64,000 bases of DNA from Bdellovibrionota bacterium. GTDB lineage: Bacteria; Bdellovibrionota; UBA1018; CAIPTA01; JAALKR01. The position numbers and the translations under genes were made by a program. Numbering within the stretch: position 1 is the first letter of the stretch; each line of letters opens with the position of its first letter. Of this stretch, positions 19,074-27,900 are shown piece after piece. The notes below the pieces were generated by a model that had not been told where the DNA came from, ran no database searches, and was given only the letters and a program-made list of their open reading frames with translations. The stretch covers positions 1,664,001-1,728,000 of the forward strand of contig CBDBMJ010000001.1 in NCBI GenBank assembly GCA_965207455.1, written 5' to 3'.

Positions 19074-22000
19074 TTATTCTTTCCAAAAATCTAATATTAA
19101 TTTTGCGTACTCATTTTTGCTGGAAAGAGAGATAAGTTCATCCTTTGCGTCCTCTGTTTTCCCTTTCGCTAAATCATATATGGCCTCTGCAAAATCTCCG
19201 TTTATACCGTCACCAAAATTTCCATCTGTAATAGAATAAGCTCTATGGGGTTTTCCCATAGCTAAATAGGAAAGCGCTAGACTTAGTTTTACTTCATCAT
19301 CATCAGGAGCCTGTGTTTCTAGTTTTTTGTATATGGCGGATGCACGTCTCCATAAGGCACTGGATTTATACAAGCGACCAATATTCTTCTTTATTGTAAT
19401 GTTGAGAATATCCCTATTTAAAATGCTCTGGAACCCAACAAAAGCATTCTGTAAGTCTCCTGCCCTTGCATCCAAGAAAGCTAAATTGTTTATCGCAGGA
19501 ATTGAGGATTTATTTATCTTTATGGCTTGCTTGTAAAAAATACCGGCAAACATTGTCTCTTCTTTTATGGCGTGATAATTTCCTACCGCAATAAGAGCAG
19601 GCACATTGCTTGGATTCTTAGATAGTATCTTTCTAAATTTTCCCACATTTCCTTTTGATCCCAATATCCATTCCTTTGTATTCCAGCTTGATATGGTTTC
19701 TATTAAAGGAAGATTATTTTTGCTAGGAGATTGTACGGCATTGGCAATTATAATTTTAGCCATGATAGGAGATATTACTTTGAGAGAAGCTCCTTTTTTA
19801 GAGGCAAGCGCTAACGTTTGTGCAATTTCTCTATCCATGGGTTTTACAATGGAATGTAGCTGTGCTCGAAATTTTGCCTTTTCTTCTTCTGTATAATTTT
19901 TTGGGGTAGGCGAATTTAGAAGCGCTTCTTTGAAATGCTTGTAAATCTTAGCAATACGAAAAAATGCTTCCATGGCCCATTTTCCATCCGAGTTACTGAT
20001 AACATTTAAGTATTTTGATTTTAATTGACCTAAGTATTTTAGCTTCAACTCCACGTCACGGATAAGTCTTTTTTCTGGTAATCGAAGGGATTTGCCATAA
20101 TAGATTTTCTCTAACGGGGCTAAAAGCAATAATTTGGCTTGAGCAATATAGGGGATGTCCGCACTTCGATTGAGGATTGATCTTTTTATTATTATATTCC
20201 AATTTTTCCGAGCATATTTTTTTTCTTTGAACGTATCGTAAATAACACCAAGATGAAAGTGAGCCATAGTACTGTACTTTCCATTGGGAAATATGGATAT
20301 ATATTGCTTGTAATTTTTAGCGGCTTCTTTAACTTGACCTTCCTTGCGATGAATATCAGCTTTTTTATAGATGAAAATTTCAGCTATGCCTCTAGCACCG
20401 TTAATTTTTTTATAAGCTGCTTTTGTTATCTTCTTTATATTAGAAAAGGCACGCTTTTTTTGTCCGAGAGCTAATCGGATAAGCGTTGCTTTTTGTATAA
20501 CACCCATGCTTAATTTTTGTATGCTTTTTTTCTTTTTCTTTAAACTATTTTCCCCTAGCGCAAAGTAAGATTCATAATCATCGCAAGCCTCCTCATATTT
20601 TCCAGTGAGAAACTTCCTGTCATAAATGGAGAGTATTTTTTTTGCATAATCGATATTATTAGGAAAAGCTTTATTTATTTTCTTATAAATACGAAGTTCA
20701 TTTTCTTCATCATTGGCCTTCCCGTAGTTAAGGGCCGCATTATTTAGTGCTTTAAACTGAAAGGACCTCTCTTTGGAGGTAAGAGCTAAACTCTCATAAT
20801 CTTTTGCAGCTTCCGCATAATTTTTCTTCTTTTCAATACTTTCAATTTTTTTGAAAGATGCACGCTTTTGTATATCCTTTAATTTCTTCTTTAAATTGTT
20901 TTTAGCACCGTAGCGCAGCAGCTTCGGTGTTTTTAAATATAGATCTGCCAACGATTTTACTTGCCCCCAATCCCTATCCTCTTCTGCCTGCTTAATCAAC
21001 AAGGTGGCTGCTTCCACAGCTTGAGGCGTGTTGGGATATTTTTTAATAATAAAATAAGCCTTCTTTTTATATTCAGCCATTCGTTTTTGTTTAAGTAGGA
21101 GACCTGCGCTCCTAGCTAGGAATTCAATAGTTTTAGGGCTGTCCGGATAAAGGGAAACATACAAGTTAATCGCTTTGATTAATTTATCTACATTTTTATT
21201 GGTTCGATTTTTTCTCTTATCAACATATTTATTAAGAGAGAATATTAAGCTTGTTAAAGCCTCTTTTTTTGTCTTTTTATCTATATTATCTGCTTTTGCA
21301 ATTATACTAAATTCTTCTGCAGCCCTCCGGTACCATTTTAACTTGGAATAAATTTCACCTAGAAATATATGAATTTTGTGGAGATCTTCTTTAGTTATCT
21401 CAGTGGAATAGGCAGAAAGGTATAGTCGATATAGGTTTATGGCATGACGATAATAGCGCTTGGATTTTTTGGATTTATTGCCTATTTTATGAGCCTGAAC
21501 TGCACGAGACCTCAGTGTGGTGCGGACTGATTCTCGAATAGATCCATCCGTTTCTTCAGAGGAAAATTCTTTCACTAATGAATCCAGCACAGATGCTTCC
21601 TTTGGATAATTCCTTTTTTGAATGGCAAGCTTTAGAGAGCTGCTGAGAATGGCATAGCGCTCAGACTCAGAGTTTTCCCGATCTCCCGGGCTTAGTTTTT
21701 CTAAATAACCACTGACGACTAGAGCACTGCCATAACGACCTTGTCGCTTATATATTTTCAAAAGCTTGCCAAGTGGATAATAAAGTTTCTCCTCAGGTAC
21801 AACAGAAGAGAAATAATTTTCAGCATTGGCTGGTTTTCCTCCGTCAGAATAAAATAAAGCTAATGAATCCAAAGCATCGCCCTGTAGAGCAATGCCCCGA
21901 GCAAGAGCTTCTTTTTGGTTGTGTCTCTGATCGATAAGAATAGCCTTCCTCATGCTGTTCATGGCATTTCTGTATTGCCTTCTTTTGTATTGAGACCACG

Positions 22001-22715
22001 CTAGTCCATATAGTGACCGGGAATATACGGGCGACTTAGAATAACGACTTGCCTGCTTGTAGTAGTTTAATGCGGTTTGAAAATTTCGTCTCGCAAAATG
22101 ATACTCTCCCAAGTAACGATACGCTTCTGCTGCAAAAGGAGAGCGCTTATAGTTTTTAATTATTTTCTCAAAATAGTAAATTGCTTTTTGTTTATTATTT
22201 AGCTTCCAGTAATTGAAACCTAAATAGTAATAGACTTCTTTAATATTGGAGTGCTTTTTAGTATGGGATAATAGGGCCGTTAATTGCTGGATGGATTTAC
22301 GAAGGAATTGCCTAGATTTATTATAATCTGGCTTAGGTTGATAACGCTTGTTTCGGGAGAGTTTGACTTTTTTAACCCATATTTGATTCTCTTTAAAAAA
22401 GTAGAACTTGTATAGCTCATTATAAATTTTACCCAGTCTCAGGAGTAGATTAATTCTCTCTGATGGTCTTTTTGTGCGAGAAAGGATAATAATCAGCTGA
22501 TTCACTTCCTGCATTCTAATATTATTAATTTTCTTTTCTTTTTCATTGGTTACACTTTGAAATTCCCTGTGGCTATAATTAGCATGAGACGTAACCCCAA
22601 ATAGTATAATAGATAATGAAAAGAAAAATTTAACTACATTCCGATTGTAGAGCAAATACATACCCTCCCAACTCATCTGACCAAAATTCACCATTGAAGC
22701 GCCAGAGATATTCAT
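19074..22715 (-). CDS. GltD/AgmU-like TPR protein, possibly fused to a GltE/AglT-like C-terminus
   Basis: Many TPRs and gliding-operon context; the true start is probably near 22655-22661, before the signal peptide. Confidence 0.8.
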   Translation of the reverse strand: MNISGASMVNFGQMSWEGMYLLYNRNVVKFFFSLSIILFGVTSHANYSHREFQSVTNEKEKKINNIRMQEVNQLIIILSRTKRPSERINLLLRLGKIYNELYKFYFFKENQIWVKKVKLSRNKRYQPKPDYNKSRQFLRKSIQQLTALLSHTKKHSNIKEVYYYLGFNYWKLNNKQKAIYYFEKIIKNYKRSPFAAEAYRYLGEYHFARRNFQTALNYYKQASRYSKSPVYSRSLYGLAWSQYKRRQYRNAMNSMRKAILIDQRHNQKEALARGIALQGDALDSLALFYSDGGKPANAENYFSSVVPEEKLYYPLGKLLKIYKRQGRYGSALVVSGYLEKLSPGDRENSESERYAILSSSLKLAIQKRNYPKEASVLDSLVKEFSSEETDGSIRESVRTTLRSRAVQAHKIGNKSKKSKRYYRHAINLYRLYLSAYSTEITKEDLHKIHIFLGEIYSKLKWYRRAAEEFSIIAKADNIDKKTKKEALTSLIFSLNKYVDKRKNRTNKNVDKLIKAINLYVSLYPDSPKTIEFLARSAGLLLKQKRMAEYKKKAYFIIKKYPNTPQAVEAATLLIKQAEEDRDWGQVKSLADLYLKTPKLLRYGAKNNLKKKLKDIQKRASFKKIESIEKKKNYAEAAKDYESLALTSKERSFQFKALNNAALNYGKANDEENELRIYKKINKAFPNNIDYAKKILSIYDRKFLTGKYEEACDDYESYFALGENSLKKKKKSIQKLSMGVIQKATLIRLALGQKKRAFSNIKKITKAAYKKINGARGIAEIFIYKKADIHRKEGQVKEAAKNYKQYISIFPNGKYSTMAHFHLGVIYDTFKEKKYARKNWNIIIKRSILNRSADIPYIAQAKLLLLAPLEKIYYGKSLRLPEKRLIRDVELKLKYLGQLKSKYLNVISNSDGKWAMEAFFRIAKIYKHFKEALLNSPTPKNYTEEEKAKFRAQLHSIVKPMDREIAQTLALASKKGASLKVISPIMAKIIIANAVQSPSKNNLPLIETISSWNTKEWILGSKGNVGKFRKILSKNPSNVPALIAVGNYHAIKEETMFAGIFYKQAIKINKSSIPAINNLAFLDARAGDLQNAFVGFQSILNRDILNITIKKNIGRLYKSSALWRRASAIYKKLETQAPDDDEVKLSLALSYLAMGKPHRAYSITDGNFGDGINGDFAEAIYDLAKGKTEDAKDELISLSSKNEYAKLILDFWKE

Positions 22716-24174
22716 GTTCTGTCACAGAGGGTGCTCCAAGAGAGCCCCGTTTGATCTCTCCAAACTCATCCTTACTTTCATTCACCAAAGAAAGTACCAC
22801 ACTATTCTTTTTGCGGTTTAAAATTTCTAATTTCAAAATATCTGCTTTTTTTATGTTCTTCACTAAGGATTTATATTCCGTATCCAATCGGTTTCGAATG
22901 AAAAAGCCGCCAATGGAGTAAACTGATCTTTTTCTCCAATCCAAAACATCTCCAAGAAAGCCACTGAGCCCATGCCTCGATTTATTTTTTCTTAAAAAAT
23001 TAAGCTCTCTTCTTACATTTAATTCCGATTGGACAATACGAGCAAATCTAGGCGACTGAGCAAATCGACTCATGAACTTTACTAAAGAAGATTGACTGTG
23101 AAATCCCCCCTTCAAACTGCGCACACCTAGATTGTATAAATGACGAATATCTTTAACACTTTCACTAGCTGTTCTGCTTAAAAGCTTTTTCACATTAGAT
23201 TCTAGGGGGTAATACCTACTGGTAAAAGAATTAAGCTCAGTTTCCACATCTTTATACAAGCATAGCTTGAAATAATTAATAGCACGAAGGAGCTCCACAT
23301 CGGAATTTAAAAACCAATCCAGTGCAGGTGCCTTGTAGGTCACTAATTTTCCTAAAGCATGGTTGTACTTTTTTTGAGCCACATAGTTCCATGCGCGCTC
23401 ATATAAAACCTGGGGCCATACAATACTGTTGATGTCGATTCGTGAATACCAAACATCCGCACTTTCATAATCTCTATTTTGATAATGGGAGCGAGCTGCA
23501 CCAGCTAAACACCGGTTGTACAGATCAGAACTCTCCTTAGAGGAATAAAGACTTTTTAATCCCTTCTTATAACGACCACTAAATACGGTTCGAGCACAAC
23601 CAACAAACTTATCCACAGCCTCATCTGGCTGCTTATCTAAAGCAAAGGCTGTGCCTTGAAGAAATAAGAGTTGAGGGTATAGGGCAAAGTCGTCACTTAT
23701 TTTATCTATAACGAGAAGTGCCGCAGCACCTCTTCCCTTTAATACATGATCTTTAGCCAAATAGTAAAGATAGTAATCCCTATCTGTTCTCGAGTATTGT
23801 TTTAAATGAGTATATTTCAACAGATATTTTTTAAATAAAGAACCTCCGATATTTTGAATAAGAGGTTTTGTGGATCGCAAGGCCACCTCAATGGCATCAT
23901 CGGATCCAGAACCAAGAGTTTTTAAGTAAAAATAACTGGCAGACTCATATAAACCCCGGGCAGTGAGTGCTGATGTGATAAAAGCGTAAGCCATGGCTTT
24001 TTGTCTCCCCCTGCCTCCAAGGGAGGCTTGAAAAAAATAACGGGCAGCTTTGTAATGCTCTCCATTCTGCAAAACGGATCGCCCTTTCTTCATATTACTT
24101 CGATATTTAGACACTGCCTCCGATGCAGTGGAGGAGAGTAGGAATATGCATGGGATAAGTATTCGAAGCACCAT
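22630..24174 (-). CDS. gltC: GltC-like gliding TPR protein
   Basis: Characteristic C-terminus WRFNGEFWSDELGGY....SEC; signal peptide. Confidence 0.85.
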   Translation of the reverse strand: MVLRILIPCIFLLSSTASEAVSKYRSNMKKGRSVLQNGEHYKAARYFFQASLGGRGRQKAMAYAFITSALTARGLYESASYFYLKTLGSGSDDAIEVALRSTKPLIQNIGGSLFKKYLLKYTHLKQYSRTDRDYYLYYLAKDHVLKGRGAAALLVIDKISDDFALYPQLLFLQGTAFALDKQPDEAVDKFVGCARTVFSGRYKKGLKSLYSSKESSDLYNRCLAGAARSHYQNRDYESADVWYSRIDINSIVWPQVLYERAWNYVAQKKYNHALGKLVTYKAPALDWFLNSDVELLRAINYFKLCLYKDVETELNSFTSRYYPLESNVKKLLSRTASESVKDIRHLYNLGVRSLKGGFHSQSSLVKFMSRFAQSPRFARIVQSELNVRRELNFLRKNKSRHGLSGFLGDVLDWRKRSVYSIGGFFIRNRLDTEYKSLVKNIKKADILKLEILNRKKNSVVLSLVNESKDEFGEIKRGSLGAPSVTEHEYLWRFNGEFWSDELGGYVFALQSECS

Positions 24175-24179
24175 ATTTT

Positions 24180-24896
24180 TTATAAATGAACAGCTAAGCC
24201 TAGTGTGGCTTGGTATTCAGTCCTCCATTTCTTTTCTGGATCCTTTATTACGCCTTTCGAAAAATCTGGTGCTTGGTACAAAGAGATAAGTCCATCGAGG
24301 CGAAGAGCAAATCTGCGAGAAAGAAAAAATTTCCAACCAGAGCCTAGCAAAAAAGCAGTGTAGGAATATTCCTTATACGCATTATCATCATCATTAGCTT
24401 CGAATTTCGTATTTACTTTTTCTGTGAGTTCTGCCACCCCCATCTCTAAATGCCAGTCCACATATAGAATAGTATTGAAAAAATTAAATTTTCCATAGAA
24501 GGGTAGCCATTGAAGGGTGCCACCAAGAATACGGGTCACTGCTCGTATGTTCGGAACATACGATGGTGTTACTTCAGAACCTTTTAAATTTTGATAAGTC
24601 TGATTATCTACATTTTTTTGAGTAATACCAATAAAAGAAATACCCCACTGCTCACTAAAGTAGTATGTTCCCCTACCCTGATATATGGTGTTATCAAGAA
24701 ATATTTGTTTAAAATTTCTCCCCAAACTGGCAGCAAATTCAAATTTTCCTTCTTTTAAATATTTTCGGTTTTGGATAACATAGATTTTTTTATCCGGGTC
24801 TAACCAAGAAAAATCATACTCCGCTAAAGAAGAACGCCCAAAAACACTTGGCGTAATTACCAGTGAAGAAAGTAGTAAAATAAGAAGTATACGCAT
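24180..24896 (-). CDS. Outer-membrane beta-barrel protein (GltA/GltB-like)
   Basis: VIQNRKYLK..KFE, PFYGKFNF, alternating beta-strands; SD AGGAGG before the ATG at 24896. Confidence 0.85.
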   Translation of the reverse strand: MRILLILLLSSLVITPSVFGRSSLAEYDFSWLDPDKKIYVIQNRKYLKEGKFEFAASLGRNFKQIFLDNTIYQGRGTYYFSEQWGISFIGITQKNVDNQTYQNLKGSEVTPSYVPNIRAVTRILGGTLQWLPFYGKFNFFNTILYVDWHLEMGVAELTEKVNTKFEANDDDNAYKEYSYTAFLLGSGWKFFLSRRFALRLDGLISLYQAPDFSKGVIKDPEKKWRTEYQATLGLAVHL

Positions 24897-24963
24897 ACTA
24901 TGCCTCCTGTTAGCTTCGCCCATGTTTCCCCCCCAATAATCACGGAAACATAAAGACCAGTGA

Positions 24964-27900
24964 TTAAGAAAAGTTTAACATAAAATTGCGTCCAGTTGGG
25001 CAATAGGATATGTATGGACAGTCGGTACACGCTTGCGTGTCTTTAGGAAATTGCCTGAGGGAAGGGGCTTTTCGTTGCTCCCTAATGGCTTGTTGCTCTT
25101 CTATGCCCCATTCCTTGGATCTTGAGATACTCTCCAATGTCCCCGTCAATAAATTTACTATATAACCCTGAATGGAAACATTTTTCTCTTTTTGTTGCTC
25201 TAAATATTGAGCAAGAGCTTCCATATAACCCTGCATTTGAAAGGTATACTGGCGACTCGCTTTTTGCTCTGTAACTTTATAATCAGCAATAATCCACTCC
25301 TTAGGAGACAGGCGCACGATCCTGTCCACCGTGCCCTTAACCTGCTGGCTACCCCTCTTCCATAAAAAGGGGATTTCTGGAAAGGAATCATATTGGGGAG
25401 AGAAAAGCTTTCTCCCTAATTCGGAGTCCATAAATTGGGTGAGGAGAACAATATCAAGGCGAATGAGCTCTTTTAGTTCGGGTATACAGGGAATCCCCTG
25501 ACTTCCATAGGATTGCTCCAACCACTGTTCCCAAGTTTTCTCGCAAGGCTTAGTCGTTTGCTCTAAAACCTTGTGAATGGCAATACCTCGTATCTTGTTC
25601 GTAACACCTAGAATTTTAAATATACCACTCAGGGAAGGGCTTTGTTTGGGCACACTTGCTTCCCAAAAGCTTAGGGCTTTGTGGCTCCAGCCCTGAATAA
25701 ATTTCAAACGATGAAATTCTGGACAAAAAATGTATGAAGCTAGCTCAGTGGTGGTATACGCTTCAAACGTGGGAGGAGCTTCTAGTATGGGTTCTTCTGT
25801 AATTTCATGATCGAGTGTTTCTCTTGAAAAAGAAAGTTTCTCTTTTAAAAATTCTTCGGCAGGAATTTTTCTTGCTGAATCTTTAAAGTCGGTTCCGTGT
25901 AGCCAAGCACTCCATGAATCTTTTGTTTTCCCTGCCTTCGAAGGAGGCGGCAGTGGAGGGAGAATACAATACAGCTCTTTCTCCGCTCTTGTGGTTGCCA
26001 CATAAAGCAGACGTTTTTTCTCTGCAATATCTCGCTCCTTAATTTCAGCACCCAAATTTTTATACGACTCAGGCATGGAAAATTCTCCACCATGCTCCCT
26101 CACCTTTACAGCAAGAGCAACACCCGGCTCATAGCGAACAATAGAGGATTCCATGCGGATGCTTGTGTCTAAATCGGGCAAAATAGTGATAGGAAACTCC
26201 AAGCCCTTGGCACCATGAATGGTGAAAATCTGTACCGCATCACCCATGCCAGTGATCTCTGGAATCGTACTCTCCCTTTGAGCATCATCTTCCCTACCCC
26301 ATCCCGTGTATGAACTGATTTGCTCCAAAAGTTTGGAGGGGGAGGATGTGTTTTTTTCTAAATTCTCTATCAGAGAAATTAATTTTTCTACCTGGGAGCG
26401 GTGGTTAAAATATTCCATTTGAGGATACTTTTTATAGGCAATTTGTAAAATAGTGGAAGGCTTTTCATATAAGGATTTTTGTTGCAATTCAAAAAGCCAA
26501 GGCTGTATTTCTTTTAGCACTTCCCATGGCGGACGCTTAATGTGGGAATGAATCTCTGTAGCATTAAGCTGGCACCAGGGAGATCGCAGGAGAGCTAGAA
26601 AGGCTAGGGTATTGCTGGGAGAGTACAGAACGCGAAGAAGCGAAATACCATCAATAATACTTTGTCGATGAAATAGGGAGCCTTGACTTCCCATAACGAA
26701 CGGAATGTTTTCTTTTTCCAAAGCCTTCGTATAGGCTTCATTTCCCTTGAGCCGCTGAAAAAGAATCGCAATGGAAGCTAAATTTTTACCTTGAGCATGC
26801 AATTTTTTTATTAGTTTACATAAAATTTCCCCTTCTTTTTCTTTCTTTTCTTGGGCATTACCTCCCTCATAAGTGAGCAGGTATACGGGGTCTAAGGGCT
26901 TATGGTGGGCAGATATTTCTGATGCCTGAGCCTCAAATTTTTTTTCTTCGTTCTCTGATGAAAATATGGATTTGCAAAGAATATTTCCAAAAGACACAAT
27001 ATTTTCTTGGCTTCGATAATTGGTATTCAAGGAACGCACAATACCTTTCTGGAGAGCTGTTTTTTTGAGATTTTGGAATACACTCACATCAGCAGCACGA
27101 AAACGATAAATAGATTGCTTGGCATCTCCAACCACAAAAATATTTTTTAGACCGGGCTGGGCAATGGACTCCAATAGACTCCGCTGTACAGAGTTGGTGT
27201 CCTGAAACTCATCCACCAGTATGGATTTATATTTTTTTTGATAGAAATTTCTACATTCAATATTTTTTAGACAATTATGGGCCAGACGCTCCAGATCGTT
27301 TTTATCCATACGAGCAGGTTTTGTTTTTAACTGATCGAAGATTCTGCAGAATTCATCAAACAGTAGGAGTATATTATTTATAATACTTTTGTGTTCTGAC
27401 TCTATCTCAGAGGATAGGTCATGGATCTTTCGATCAAAATCCAGTAAAGATCGTTTTTCCAGTAAATTACGTAAAATATCCTCTAGATTTTTTCGAGAGT
27501 AATGGGCTTTTGTGAGTGGAGTGAGGGTGTGGGAAAGTTCTGGCTGAGTGAAAAGTTCCACAATGGCTTCTTCTCGTAGATTTCTTTCCTCCGTTTCACT
27601 TAAAATTTCCGCAAAAGGCATATGGTGAAACTCTTGGAGTATTTTGCGGTTAAAACCATGAATTGTGCTTATATTTTTTAACGCCGCAGACACAATAGAA
27701 GGATTGTATTTTTCACTCAATAACTCTGATACTCGAGCCCGTATTTCTTTGGCCGATTTTTCTGTAAACGATAGGGCAAGAATTTGGTTCACAGCCGTAT
27801 GAAGGTTTGTTTTCTTTTCAAGCGCTTCCAGCGTTCTTTGGTAACGCTCTATTAGTATTGTGGTTTTCCCACTCCCTGCTGATGCCTCTAGAAAAACTAA

